Source of the DNA: Patescibacteria group bacterium
Lineage (GTDB): Bacteria; Patescibacteriota; WWE3; UBA101185; UBA10185
DNA length: 64,000 nucleotides
NCBI GenBank assembly: GCA_018825365.1
Contig: JAHJEV010000003.1
Coordinates: 387,669-451,668 of the forward strand
Direction: 5' to 3'
Part shown: positions 47,945 through 58,680 of the stretch, in pieces
Layout of the letters: the number at the start of each line of letters is the position of its first letter
How positions within the stretch are numbered: the first letter of the stretch is position 1
Made by a program: the position numbers and the translations under genes
Notes under the pieces: generated by a model
Databases searched by the model: none
What the model was told of the DNA's origin: nothing
What the model saw: the letters and a program-made list of their open reading frames with translations, nothing else

Positions 47945-49768
47945 TCAAGACCTGAAACGGGCGTAAACTCTCATTTTTCCCTCACCTATTTTTTCCTGTT
48001 TGTACACCTCAATTTCTTTCAGTTCTCCGGTATTTTTTGCATGCGGGCCCCCGCAAAACTCCTTACTCACTGCCAAATTTAAGTCATCCCCAACATAATA
48101 TACTTTTACTTGATCCGGATATTGTTCTCCGGGAAGATAGTGAGCTCCTGATTTAATAGCATCGTCCTTTGACATTATACTGCAACTAACCGAAAGGTTT
48201 TGCTTAATAACATCATTCACAAGATTAACAACCTTTCCAAGTTCTTCTTCGGAGAGTTTGTCTGAGTGCGGAAAATCAAATCTCAAGCGCTCTGATGTAA
48301 TATTAGACCCTATCTGTTTTACATGGTCACCCAAAACTTCTCTCAGAGCCATAACAAGAAGATGGGTTGCGGTGTGATATTTAACGACTAGCTCACTTTG
48401 ATCGGCAAGACCTCCTTTAAACCTCTTTTCCGCCCCAGCTCTTGAGGTAGTCTGATGCGAAGTTACTAACTTTGACACATCTTCACAAATCTTATCTGAA
48501 AGTTCTTTTGAAATTCCTACTTTCTCATTTAAATCATCAAGAAACATTTCAAGGGGGTAACCATTTGATTGGTACAGATCAAACGCAATCTTTGCACTTT
48601 CTAAAACCTCCAACTCACCAACAATTATTTTTTTATCAACGCTTCCCATCCCTTTCTCAATCTTTTTTAAAGCAACTACCTGTCCGTCCACCAATGCTTT
48701 ATCATATTTTTCCTCCTCAAGCCTGAGATATTTTTCAATAAAACCTTGGTTTTGAACCAACTCCGGGTAATCCGTTGAGCATTCCTTTACAATAATTTTG
48801 GATAGGTCAACAAGGAACGGTTTTTCTATATGCAGGAGTTTTCCGTATCTTATTGCTCTTCTTATTAATCTTCGTAAAACATAGCCCTGGTCTGAGTTTG
48901 AGGGAGCGATACATTTTTGGTCTCCCAAGATAAAGGTTGCTGCTCTTGCATGATCGACTACTATTCGTAATGATTTCTCATCCTTTTTCTTTGACAATTT
49001 TCTGATTTTGTCTGCCAGTACTTTAAGCTCCTTAATGTCAAAAACATTGCTTTTCTTGCTCAAAACTGCAGTAGTTCTTTCTACGCCCATTCCGGTATCA
49101 ACATTTCTTTGTTTAAGTTGAATATATTTCCCATCCCTTGTTTTTTCGTACTGCATAAAAACGTTGTTCCAAACCTCGACCCAGCCTTCTTTGTTATCGG
49201 CCGTAACCAAATCGGGGGGATCCCCCTTTCCTGTCCACACAAATATTTCCGAATCTGGTCCACAAGGTCCTGTTTCACCAACCGGTCCCCACCAATTATC
49301 TTTCTTTCCAAGGAAATAAATTCTCTTTTCGTCTATTCCTAAAGATTTCCAGATCCCTGCTGTCTCATTGTCCCTTGGGGCATCACTATCTCCCGCAAAA
49401 CAACTCACTGCTAGCTTTTTGACAGGAATTTTCAATTCCTTTGTTAAAAATTCAAAACTCCAAGAAATTGATTCTTTTTTCCAATAGTCTCCTAAAGACC
49501 AATTACCCAACATCTCAAAAAACGTCAAATGAACATCATCACCAACCTCATCTATGTCATCTGTCCTGATACATTTTTGAAAATTTACTAGTCTTTCTCC
49601 AGAAGAGTGCTTTTCTCCCAGTAAAAATGGAATAAGTGGATGCATACCCGCTGTTGTAAAAAGTACAGTTGGATCATTTTCCGGAACAAGAGAAGAGGAA
49701 GGAATCACAATGTGTCCCTTATCTTTAAAAAACTTTATGTATTTTTCTTTTAGTTCATGCGTTGTCAT
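47945..49768 (-). CDS. alaS: Alanine-tRNA ligase (short form, no C-Ala domain)
   Basis: LFTTAGMHP, HLTFFEMLGNWS, DTGMGVER, HTATHLL, EFCGGPH. Confidence 0.96.
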   Translation of the reverse strand: MTTHELKEKYIKFFKDKGHIVIPSSSLVPENDPTVLFTTAGMHPLIPFLLGEKHSSGERLVNFQKCIRTDDIDEVGDDVHLTFFEMLGNWSLGDYWKKESISWSFEFLTKELKIPVKKLAVSCFAGDSDAPRDNETAGIWKSLGIDEKRIYFLGKKDNWWGPVGETGPCGPDSEIFVWTGKGDPPDLVTADNKEGWVEVWNNVFMQYEKTRDGKYIQLKQRNVDTGMGVERTTAVLSKKSNVFDIKELKVLADKIRKLSKKKDEKSLRIVVDHARAATFILGDQKCIAPSNSDQGYVLRRLIRRAIRYGKLLHIEKPFLVDLSKIIVKECSTDYPELVQNQGFIEKYLRLEEEKYDKALVDGQVVALKKIEKGMGSVDKKIIVGELEVLESAKIAFDLYQSNGYPLEMFLDDLNEKVGISKELSDKICEDVSKLVTSHQTTSRAGAEKRFKGGLADQSELVVKYHTATHLLVMALREVLGDHVKQIGSNITSERLRFDFPHSDKLSEEELGKVVNLVNDVIKQNLSVSCSIMSKDDAIKSGAHYLPGEQYPDQVKVYYVGDDLNLAVSKEFCGGPHAKNTGELKEIEVYKQEKIGEGKMRVYARFRS

Positions 49769-49772
49769 TTTA

Positions 49773-49847
49773 TGGAGGCCCGGGCGGGAATCGAACCCGC
49801 GTATAAGGGTTTTGCAGACCCTCGCCTTACCACTTGGCTACCAGGCC
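49773..49847 (-). tRNA. tRNA-Cys(GCA)
   Basis: GGCCTGG/CCGGGCC acceptor stem, loop CTGCAAA, encoded CCA. Confidence 0.95.
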
Positions 49848-49917
49848 ACATCAACGTTTATCGACGCAGCGTGATATTGCTATTTTACCATTATCATGGT
49901 AATTTAGGTATTGAGAA

Positions 49918-51090
49918 ATGGCAGTATCTACTATAAGAACAAACAAAAACTCATTTTCAACTGCTCTTATATACTTTTTAGGTATATTGGGTATCGCTTT
50001 GATTGTGTTTTTCGCAGGGGGTTTAATCACCGGGGGTTTTGGGGGGAGGGCTGCTTTGTCTGTTCAAGTTACAAATGACACCGCCCAGGTTCTCCTTAAT
50101 GGGAAAGTTCTTGGGGACACCCCGCTTGAATCTAAAAATGTTAAGTCCGGAACAAACACAATAATTGTAAAAAGCGACACCCAGCAATATCAAACTTCAA
50201 TAAAATTTCTTCCAGCTAAAAAAGATGTCAGTTTTGCAGTTGGTATAGTAAGGGACTTGGGGGTTTCAGATCTTTTCTCTTCCGGTCAAGAATTTTGGTT
50301 TGACAAAGGAAGTCCTCAGGACACTCTAAAAATTATCTCGGAACCATCTGGAGCTACAGTTTATATAGATGGGTCAGAAATTGGAAAAACCCCGTTTTCA
50401 TCTTCGGCCATCACGACAGGAGACTATGAAATAAAAATCGCATTAGCTGGATATGAGACGCAAATTGCAAGAATAAGTATTCAAAAAGGATACACATTAA
50501 ACGGATCGATAAAAATGTTTCCATATCCGATTTCCCCAACTGTAACAGCTTTTGAGGGATCTCCAAATCTTTATAATGGAACTCTTGATAATCTCAACGT
50601 AACTTCAGACACCCAATCTTGGGTTAAAGGACTTTTATACTGGAACCAGACGAGAGGAATAAACATCGACAATGTTGGTTTAAATAAAGAAAAGGTTTTT
50701 GATTATTACATTGATTACAAAGGAAACATTTTTGATGCTGATGGAACCATTCTTGCAACAGCCCAAACTTTAGAAAAACTAAAAGGAGCGAAAAGAGGTT
50801 TGTATCTTGGAAGAACTTCCGACGGAATCGGACTTACAAAAGAAGCAAAGGATGCATTAGAGACCCTCTCCCAAATAGGATTATCTTCCAAAACTGCGAC
50901 TGTGAAAGATACCGGAACCGGTTGGTTAAGAGTAAGAAGTATTGGGGGTCTTAATGGAACTGAAATTGCAAGGGTAACCTCAGGTGCAACATATCAGGTA
51001 CTGGAACTGGGCACGGGATGGGTAAAAATAAAAGTATCAGATACCATTGAGGGTTGGGTTTCAGCGGATTACGTTACCTTATCTGAATGA
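49918..51090 (+). CDS. PEGA-domain and SH3b-domain surface protein
   Basis: SEPSGATVYIDG...GKTP; LRVR...GWVSADYV. Confidence 0.85.
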   Translation: MAVSTIRTNKNSFSTALIYFLGILGIALIVFFAGGLITGGFGGRAALSVQVTNDTAQVLLNGKVLGDTPLESKNVKSGTNTIIVKSDTQQYQTSIKFLPAKKDVSFAVGIVRDLGVSDLFSSGQEFWFDKGSPQDTLKIISEPSGATVYIDGSEIGKTPFSSSAITTGDYEIKIALAGYETQIARISIQKGYTLNGSIKMFPYPISPTVTAFEGSPNLYNGTLDNLNVTSDTQSWVKGLLYWNQTRGINIDNVGLNKEKVFDYYIDYKGNIFDADGTILATAQTLEKLKGAKRGLYLGRTSDGIGLTKEAKDALETLSQIGLSSKTATVKDTGTGWLRVRSIGGLNGTEIARVTSGATYQVLELGTGWVKIKVSDTIEGWVSADYVTLSE

Positions 51091-51672
51091 TTCATACCAG
51101 TCTAAAAGATCTGGTCTTAATTCCATAATTCTTTGAACACTTTCACTGTATTCCCTCACTAGACCTAATTTTCTCTCATATTTTGCAACCGAAGCGATAA
51201 CTCCGGCATCATTCCAAAATCTTTTCTTGTTGAACTCCAAAAATTCTTTTGTCACTTCAAGATATTTTGAATCTGTATTGTTCTGGAATGTTTCCAAGTT
51301 TATATCTTTTAATGCAAGAAGGTAATATAGAGGAAATATGTTTCTGATTGTAACCAAATTGTTCTCATTTAGAAAATAAGCTTTTTCAAGGTCGGCTAGT
51401 ATCTTTTCTTTTATCTGTGATTTGATAGATAGATCCTTAACATACAAAAACTTTATTAAGTATACTTTTGCCCTTCCTTTATAATAATTTGGCTCGAGTG
51501 GGTTTTGACTCACTGCCTTTTCAGAAAGATTTACTGCAGATTCCAAATAATTCCCATTTAGCAGTGCTTGTGATCTTTTGTAATTTATATCTGCAAAAAA
51601 AATCCTAATAAAAATCACACACACCAATATATAAACGGACCATATAAAGATAAGTAAGACTTTTTTTGTCAT
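51079..51672 (-). CDS. TM plus TPR-like protein (start revised to ATG 51672)
   Basis: ATGA overlap with the upstream ligase gene; A...NP.EPNYY TPR-like pattern. Confidence 0.6.
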   Translation of the reverse strand: MTKKVLLIFIWSVYILVCVIFIRIFFADINYKRSQALLNGNYLESAVNLSEKAVSQNPLEPNYYKGRAKVYLIKFLYVKDLSIKSQIKEKILADLEKAYFLNENNLVTIRNIFPLYYLLALKDINLETFQNNTDSKYLEVTKEFLEFNKKRFWNDAGVIASVAKYERKLGLVREYSESVQRIMELRPDLLDWYESFR

Positions 51673-52973
51673 ACGTCGCAGTAGGCAACAAAAATCCAAA
51701 ACAACAAAGCTGTTGCTACAACCGGCCAGCCGAAAATATTGGTCACTGCAAATGCAACAAGCGCCGGGCAAACAAAATAATGAGAGCTTAACGCAGACTT
51801 AAGAATTAATACGACATAAAGAAAAAGAGCAAAAATTCCACACTCTGACCATATCTCTAAGTAATAATTATGCGGCTTATTAAGAACGAAGTCCCATTCC
51901 GAAGAATAATTTAACTCCTTACCTCTAAAAGGTTGGTAAGCGTATGGAAAGGTCTCTGGGCCCGTACCTATGAGCATATTTTTAGCCGATGATTTAATAA
52001 GAAGGAAAGTACTTCTCCACAATTCTTTTCTTATATATCCAGGATCGGATATCTTGTAACTTTCCCCCGCTGCGTAAACCCTCTGCACAAAAGAAAACAA
52101 CTTTTTAACATCAAAAATCGCATCGTTCACCCTGGGTTTGAATATCCCCATATTAGTAGAAATAACACCAATAGAAAAAATTCCTATTATCAAAATTCTC
52201 AAGAAAGCTTTTCTATCAAGTACTTCCTTTGCTGCGAAAAACAAAACAAAAGTGACTAGACCTACGGCCAAACCCAGAAAACCAGAAAGGGAATAGGTTA
52301 GCCAAAAACAAAAGAATCCTAAACAAAAAATGAAAACCCAAGTCAGGGATATTTTCGTCTTTTCGCAAAGTCCAAAATACAGAGAAACAGGAAGAAGAAC
52401 AGCAAGATATTGCGCCAACCAGTTTGGCTGTCCTAAAGTCGAGAAAACTCTTTCAACGGGAATGTGGGGCCAAATAAAAGTAATTCCAAATTTTTGAGAT
52501 ATTCCAGCTATAGAAATCGGAATGATTGTCAAAAGAGAGACCTTTAATATCTTTATAAAATCTTCCTTTCTAATCTTGTTTACAGCCACAAAATAAAGAC
52601 CGAAGTAAACTATATAAGAAATAAGTCCGTCGTTAAATCTGGTGTAGTAACCAAAGACAGATGTGTATATATCGGACGACAAAATTGTTGAAATTATTAC
52701 TAACGCTAAAAATAAAGCTACTACCGAGGAGATTTTCTTCAGTTTAAAACGATGAATAACTAAGTCAGTAAAAAAGAAAGCAATGATGAAAAACCCAAGT
52801 ATATAGACGAAAAACATTTTTGGAAATTCATATAGCTCATTTGCTTCGGAAATTGTTATCAGAGGAGTTAAAAACACAAGAATCGAAAACAGTACCAGGT
52901 AGATATTTTCCCCAAAAAATGACCAAAGAAAAGATTTTCTCGCAGCTTCCTTCATTGACTCTATTAACCCCAT
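51669..52973 (-). CDS. O-antigen ligase-family membrane protein
   Basis: RVFSTLGQPNWLA, IGTGPETF, PHNYYLE. Confidence 0.85.
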   Translation of the reverse strand: MGLIESMKEAARKSFLWSFFGENIYLVLFSILVFLTPLITISEANELYEFPKMFFVYILGFFIIAFFFTDLVIHRFKLKKISSVVALFLALVIISTILSSDIYTSVFGYYTRFNDGLISYIVYFGLYFVAVNKIRKEDFIKILKVSLLTIIPISIAGISQKFGITFIWPHIPVERVFSTLGQPNWLAQYLAVLLPVSLYFGLCEKTKISLTWVFIFCLGFFCFWLTYSLSGFLGLAVGLVTFVLFFAAKEVLDRKAFLRILIIGIFSIGVISTNMGIFKPRVNDAIFDVKKLFSFVQRVYAAGESYKISDPGYIRKELWRSTFLLIKSSAKNMLIGTGPETFPYAYQPFRGKELNYSSEWDFVLNKPHNYYLEIWSECGIFALFLYVVLILKSALSSHYFVCPALVAFAVTNIFGWPVVATALLFWIFVAYCDV

Positions 52974-53056
52974 GGTAGTAATATTTTATCAGTCCTGCTC
53001 AATGTTTGCCTAACTAAAAGCTTATTCATGAAACAAAAAGCAGAGATGTCAAACTG

Positions 53057-53635
53057 ATGTTATCTAAAGTACTAGTCAAACTCATAGATCGAGCAATCGT
53101 ACCGGCCATTTTGCTTCTTGCCACAAGAGTAGTTTCTATTGTATTGATAAGTAGATATTTAGGTCTCCCCGTAAAAATCTCCAAGTCTGGTTTTGTATTT
53201 GAATCCTATGCAGATTTTGTTAAGGTGAACTCCTACTCAACACTGGCAATGATCGTTATTTTGATTCTGGGACTTATTTATATCTTACTAAAGTCCTTGG
53301 CATTCCACGATAGCCACATTAAGCCCTCCCTTTCAGCAAAAGTGTTTAGTCTTAAAATTCAACATTTAATTCAAGGCTCGTTTCACCTTTATTCCGAAGC
53401 AGCAATTTGGCTTTCCTATGCTTATCTTTTACTTCTCTTCTCGGGAATAATGCTTGTTTCGAAACTTCTTTATAATTGGGTTTTTTATATGGCTGCCGGT
53501 GTGACTTTAGTGTCCACAATTCTTTTCATACTTGATGTAGAAGAGGAGATAAAAATAAAAGGGTTGGATAAAGGCGAAAGTGAATACGAGTACGATGAGG
53601 ATAAAGAGTTATTATGTAAGGAGGAACTTGAATGA
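53057..53635 (+). CDS. Hypothetical membrane protein
   Basis: About four TM segments. Confidence 0.65.
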   Translation: MLSKVLVKLIDRAIVPAILLLATRVVSIVLISRYLGLPVKISKSGFVFESYADFVKVNSYSTLAMIVILILGLIYILLKSLAFHDSHIKPSLSAKVFSLKIQHLIQGSFHLYSEAAIWLSYAYLLLLFSGIMLVSKLLYNWVFYMAAGVTLVSTILFILDVEEEIKIKGLDKGESEYEYDEDKELLCKEELE

Positions 53636-53892
53636 AAAACCTTATAAAAATAACCTTCAACTCTTTGCTTCTTGTTATTCTTCTTAGTGTAATATTTTTA
53701 CCGATTGGAATGATGTCTTTAATAAATTATGACGAAAAACAGGTTGTTCTCTCCACCAAAGATACGAGAACTCAGATCCAAGAACCGTTGGATGCACTTC
53801 CAGGATCTGTACCCAAAGAGGTAGAGGAGATAATAATGAAACTGGAAGGCGCTTATCAGCAAATCACATCTTCGACACAGCCAAAAGAGTAA
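53632..53892 (+). CDS. Small membrane protein
   Basis: AGGAGG SD, ATGA overlap, one TM. Confidence 0.6.
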   Translation: MKNLIKITFNSLLLVILLSVIFLPIGMMSLINYDEKQVVLSTKDTRTQIQEPLDALPGSVPKEVEEIIMKLEGAYQQITSSTQPKE

Positions 53893-54837
53893 TTAACCTA
53901 GATCCGGTATTAAATACATCACACTAAACGCGATTATTCCCCACAAAACTACGGATAATAGAAGTGGGATATCGGTTAAAAGTGCTCTTTCCGGAGACTC
54001 TCCCTCATTTTTCTCGTAAATTACATACAGGTATCTGGCTATTCCATAAATTACAACCGGAATTGTTAACATCATTAACTTCGGACTTTTTAAAACCGAA
54101 GGTAAAAAGGAGGTCAACTTTCTGCTTACAAGTGAAGGAGAAATCATAAAAGAAAAAAGCGAATAACTCAAGATGGTGTAAGATGCTGACATTGAAATCA
54201 TCGAATCCAACAACGCATCGGGATAATGTCTTAAAGTTTTTCTTGTTCCGGCATCCCCACCTCCAGAAAACGCTGCAAGGATAGTTTTTTCAGATCTTCT
54301 TTTTCCAAAGGCAAGCAACATTGAGATGCCGATAGTCGTTAAAGCTAGCCACGAAGAAACAGAGGTTCCCGAGGCAAAACCACCAGCAAATACTCTTAGT
54401 ACAAAACCCGAAGCGACTATCAAAGAGTCCATTATTATCACATTTCTAAAATAGAAAGAGTATCCGAGCTGCAAGATGACGTAAACAACAAGCATTATAG
54501 AAAAATACGAATCTAAATATAGGAAAGAGAAAACTATAGAACCCAGTATCAAAACTATAGAAATCATTGAGGCTAAACCAATCGGCAACTTACCTGAAGC
54601 TATTGCCCTGTTTTTCTTTATTGGGTGAAATCGGTCACTAGGGGCGTCAACAATATCATTTAAAAAATAGGCGCCGGATGAGACTACACAAAAAACTAAG
54701 AAAGCTTTCGTTGTAACCGAAAATGTATCCCCTAAAAACAATCTTCCGGCAAAAATCGGGGCGGCAAAAAGACTAAGGTTTTTCAACCACTGTCTGGGTC
54801 TTGCTGTTCTGATAATGTGGTAAAGATTAGTAATCAC
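53893..54837 (-). CDS. UbiA-family (decaprenyl-phosphate phosphoribosyltransferase-like) protein
   Basis: RPRQWLKN, NDIVD...D..HP.K..R.IASG, KRRSE. Confidence 0.88.
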   Translation of the reverse strand: MITNLYHIIRTARPRQWLKNLSLFAAPIFAGRLFLGDTFSVTTKAFLVFCVVSSGAYFLNDIVDAPSDRFHPIKKNRAIASGKLPIGLASMISIVLILGSIVFSFLYLDSYFSIMLVVYVILQLGYSFYFRNVIIMDSLIVASGFVLRVFAGGFASGTSVSSWLALTTIGISMLLAFGKRRSEKTILAAFSGGGDAGTRKTLRHYPDALLDSMISMSASYTILSYSLFSFMISPSLVSRKLTSFLPSVLKSPKLMMLTIPVVIYGIARYLYVIYEKNEGESPERALLTDIPLLLSVVLWGIIAFSVMYLIPDLG

Positions 54838-54870
54838 TACCTCTGATGATATCTGTTTTTGCTTACTTTC

Positions 54871-55539
54871 TCAACAATCGATTCTATATCCAAATCCCCT
54901 AACTGTGCGAATAAGTTTCTTTCCGATAAGTTTTAAGAATCTCCCCCGCAAACTTTTAATATGAACCTCTACGGTGTTACTAAAAACATAAATCCCTTTT
55001 TCCCAAACATGCTCCAAAATTTCTTCTTTCGACACAACTCTTTTTCTATTAATTACTAGGTACTCCAAAAGATCAAACTCCTTTCTTCTTAAACGAAGAA
55101 CTTTTCCCTTGACTAAAACCTGTTTTTGACGGCAATCAACTTCCAGCTTTCCAATTTTTAGTACACACCCATCGACCACCGAATTGTTTCGTCTAGTTAA
55201 AGCTCTTACTTGAGCTTTAATCTCCAATATATTAATTGGTTTTTGTAAATTTACATCAGCCCCCGCATCCAAACTCATAGCTTTACTACTTAGTTCGCAA
55301 CTATCATGAAGGAAAATTATAGGAGTTTTAATATCCGCATCTCTGGTTAGTCTGCAAATCTCAACACCGTCCATATCAGGAAGGGTAGCGTCAACCACCA
55401 TTACATCATAGTCGTTAATCTGAGATAAATATGTACCCTCAACCCCACTGTAAGCCACATCAACAATATAATCCTTCTCCACTTCAGTGAGTACATCCTC
55501 AAGCAACTCTTTATCATCTTCTACCAAAAGTATCCGCAT
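54871..55539 (-). CDS. OmpR-family response regulator (no adjacent kinase)
   Basis: ILLVEDD, D..LPDMDG, KP, RTVRGFGY. Confidence 0.92.
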   Translation of the reverse strand: MRILLVEDDKELLEDVLTEVEKDYIVDVAYSGVEGTYLSQINDYDVMVVDATLPDMDGVEICRLTRDADIKTPIIFLHDSCELSSKAMSLDAGADVNLQKPINILEIKAQVRALTRRNNSVVDGCVLKIGKLEVDCRQKQVLVKGKVLRLRRKEFDLLEYLVINRKRVVSKEEILEHVWEKGIYVFSNTVEVHIKSLRGRFLKLIGKKLIRTVRGFGYRIDC

Positions 55540-55618
55540 CTTTATCTAAAAAATACTACATCTATTATCTAATTAAATATTAAATGAAAATTAAATTTTA
55601 GGAAAGTTACTGGGAGTA

Positions 55619-57139
55619 TTAATTTTTAATGGGCGTGGTAAAACCAGTCTCTTCCTTCTTTTTTCTTACAATGCTCACGTTCAAAAGGATGATTAAAAAC
55701 ATAACTATCCCGGCAATAATGAACATAAGTTTAAAGACGTCTTTTTCAGGAGTCAAAAGACCAATCAAACCAAACACGGCTGTCGCGCTCCAATAAAAAA
55801 GAGCCACTTTACTGGTACTCCATCCCCTATTTAAAAGGATGTGATGCAAGTGACCCCTATCACCTTTAAATGGATTTTTCTTCTGAACCAATCTTCTTAC
55901 AACTGTTACAAAGGCGTCCAAAAAAGGAATCAGAATGATAAGTACTGAAACTGCAATCTTAGCTTTAGCAAGAATTGCCAAACTTGCAATAACTAAACCC
56001 GCAGACACCGCACCAAACCCCCACATAATTTGGGAGGGGTGCCAATTAAACCTTACAGACCCAAAAGAAGCTCCAGCACTTATTGCAGCTAGTATAGCAA
56101 TTTGCATGTGAAGTGGCTGCAGGTCGTTAAATCTAAGAGCTAAAATAGCAATTAAAATGGAGGCCACTCCCACAATTCCTGCATACTGGCCGTCAACTCC
56201 GTTTGACCAAGACAAAACGTTCATAAGCCAAACAACCCAAACTGCTGTGAGAATAACCGGAACTACCGCCAGTACTCCGGATCCAATCGAAATTTGGAGA
56301 ACATTTAAATTAACCATTCCGCCAAAAGGATTACTCACTGTATTTATAGCCACACCTGAAAAAACAACCGGAAGAACGGATAAGAATAATAAAAATAATC
56401 TCAGAGCGGGATTTTCAAGTGCCCTATAACTTGATGAAGGATGTGTATTTTGATAATCGTCTATAATACCCAAAACCGCAACCATTAATACCGAAAGATA
56501 AAAACCCAAAAATTCTTTTGGAAATCCAATAAATAAAAATGCGGAGAGCAAAAATACAAGTGAATAAACAAACCCACCTCCTCTTGCTGAGGGTGCCTGC
56601 AAAATCATTCCCGGATGATCGTGAATCTGAGGATTGGTGATTAATTTCTTCCTTTGGGCGTAATCTATAAAATAGGGCATTATGAGAAACATCAAAAGGA
56701 AAGCGGTAACGGCATAAGGAACAAGTCCGATGTAAAGTGGATTTATGAAAGGCTTAAAAGGAAGTGAAGCCACCTGAATTATTCTGAAAGAAGACGCTGC
56801 CAAAACCAAATTACTGGAAAGCACGAACATCCAAACAATGTCTTCAAAAAATTGAATGTAGTACTTGTTTAACAACACAAATAAAAGCCCGACAAAGCTT
56901 ATCGCCAGCATCATCAGAGGGATAAGAAAAATACTAAATTTAGGCGCAAGCTGATAATCTCCCCAGGTCTTTGTATACCAAAAAGGTATCTCGGAGTTTA
57001 TATACCTATATCTAAATAAAATATACAAAAAAGAAAATATCGAAAGAAAAACAGCCAGTAGAAACCTAGATATAGTTTTATCTTTAAGTTTCACACTTAT
57101 GTAATCGACAATTTTTTTAATTTTCTTATTTTGTCTCAT
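55619..57139 (-). CDS. MraY/WecA-family polyprenyl-phosphate sugar-1-phosphate transferase with an extra N-terminal membrane domain
   Basis: GIIDD, N...GVDG, FNWHPSQI and DRGHLHH motifs. Confidence 0.85.
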   Translation of the reverse strand: MRQNKKIKKIVDYISVKLKDKTISRFLLAVFLSIFSFLYILFRYRYINSEIPFWYTKTWGDYQLAPKFSIFLIPLMMLAISFVGLLFVLLNKYYIQFFEDIVWMFVLSSNLVLAASSFRIIQVASLPFKPFINPLYIGLVPYAVTAFLLMFLIMPYFIDYAQRKKLITNPQIHDHPGMILQAPSARGGGFVYSLVFLLSAFLFIGFPKEFLGFYLSVLMVAVLGIIDDYQNTHPSSSYRALENPALRLFLLFLSVLPVVFSGVAINTVSNPFGGMVNLNVLQISIGSGVLAVVPVILTAVWVVWLMNVLSWSNGVDGQYAGIVGVASILIAILALRFNDLQPLHMQIAILAAISAGASFGSVRFNWHPSQIMWGFGAVSAGLVIASLAILAKAKIAVSVLIILIPFLDAFVTVVRRLVQKKNPFKGDRGHLHHILLNRGWSTSKVALFYWSATAVFGLIGLLTPEKDVFKLMFIIAGIVMFLIILLNVSIVRKKKEETGFTTPIKN

Positions 57140-58680
57140 CTTACTTTGGTCGTATGATACAGTCTCTTAAATTTTTTACCTAACAGCATCATTGTTTGCG
57201 CTTGTAACCACGGCAAAAAAGAAAAGGTTAACAGATTAAGCATTATAAGAGGGCTTTCCAAGTATGTGGCCATTCTTCTAAACAGGGACCATTCCTTCGG
57301 AGGAGGACTTGAAAACTTTTTCTTGAAAAAAGTACCGGGAATCATAAACACAAGGGTCAAAGTTAGAATTGTACTCATTATCTTCGGAAGACTGTATGCA
57401 AAACTTGATTGCTTAACCAAGGGGTTTACAAGTGTAACAATTCCAAAACCGAAGGTTATTAAAAAAACCGAGTTCACAAGAAAAACCCTTTCTTTCAAGT
57501 GTCTAATCATCCAGCTAAGTTTTTTAGACGATTTTATTTCTCTGTGCTTCAGAAATCCCTTAACGGAAAGTGGGAAATCCACAACTCCCCAACCCCATCT
57601 TAAAAGCTGTTTATACAAACTCCTATATGAATCTGAGTAGGACTTTCCTTCGACTGCATCGGCTGAGTATGGGATGTAATAAGGGACACCGTCAAATTCT
57701 CCTTTTCTTACAAAAAACGCTCTCCAGAAAAAAATCGTGTCGTCCGCTCCCAGAGCAACATCAAAATAATCGGCGTCGATCAAAGTTTTAAGGGAAACTG
57801 AAAAAGCGGAGAATGTTTTCCTGACGCTACCTTTTGAAACGGCCCAATCAGAAATAACTCCAACAGTTGTGGAGTTGGCCTCAATTCTCATCATGAAAGG
57901 AACTCTCCATAAGTTGTTATCAAAAAGAGGAACCGCAGAGGAATAGAAATGATTATCCCTTCTATCTGTAGTCAAATAAAGGTGGGTGAATCGTGCGATA
58001 TACTGCTTGTCCAAAACGTGGTCTGAATCGAAGTTACTGAAAGTATAGTTTCTGATATTTTCTCCGAGTTTGTTTAGTTCTTCAACAGCATGTGAACATC
58101 CCCAGTGTCTATTTGCCCCACCATCCCCTATCGCCTCGCCTGGAATTCCTACCGGATGAATAAAAAACATTAACTTACAAAGTTGCTTTTCCCTCTCACC
58201 AATTATTTTTCTTATCCTATCTATAGTATCTACAGCCCACTTTTCTTCGGCCGTAAAAACCAAAATAATTTGAGAAGTTGGGAATGTTTGGTCGAAAATA
58301 CTATCAATACAATCAGTTAAAACGGGGTCGGGTTCATTCACAACCGGAATAACAATTAAATGTCTAACCTCATTTAATGATGGGGGAAGGGTTTCTTTGT
58401 CTGGAAGTTCCTCAAAGTTAAGTTTCTGACACTGAAGATACCAGTTAGTCGCCATCTCTTCCTTGTACCTGCTATACCCAACAAAAAGACCAATGGAATG
58501 TCTAAATGCAAGATAAGACCAATAAACAGTAAGAAATGTTAAAAGATAAACCATTGCCTGAGGATAAAAAATGCCAAGCCACACCGGGGATGTTAGAAAT
58601 GCCCAAGTCGTGATACCCAGCAGTATCTCCAAAAATCTGTGCACAAACCGATCGTTTTTTTCGATAAATGATTTCATCAT
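57136..58680 (-). CDS. GT2-family membrane glycosyltransferase
   Basis: FDSD, DD and QLLRW (QxxRW) motifs. Confidence 0.8.
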   Translation of the reverse strand: MMKSFIEKNDRFVHRFLEILLGITTWAFLTSPVWLGIFYPQAMVYLLTFLTVYWSYLAFRHSIGLFVGYSRYKEEMATNWYLQCQKLNFEELPDKETLPPSLNEVRHLIVIPVVNEPDPVLTDCIDSIFDQTFPTSQIILVFTAEEKWAVDTIDRIRKIIGEREKQLCKLMFFIHPVGIPGEAIGDGGANRHWGCSHAVEELNKLGENIRNYTFSNFDSDHVLDKQYIARFTHLYLTTDRRDNHFYSSAVPLFDNNLWRVPFMMRIEANSTTVGVISDWAVSKGSVRKTFSAFSVSLKTLIDADYFDVALGADDTIFFWRAFFVRKGEFDGVPYYIPYSADAVEGKSYSDSYRSLYKQLLRWGWGVVDFPLSVKGFLKHREIKSSKKLSWMIRHLKERVFLVNSVFLITFGFGIVTLVNPLVKQSSFAYSLPKIMSTILTLTLVFMIPGTFFKKKFSSPPPKEWSLFRRMATYLESPLIMLNLLTFSFLPWLQAQTMMLLGKKFKRLYHTTKVR

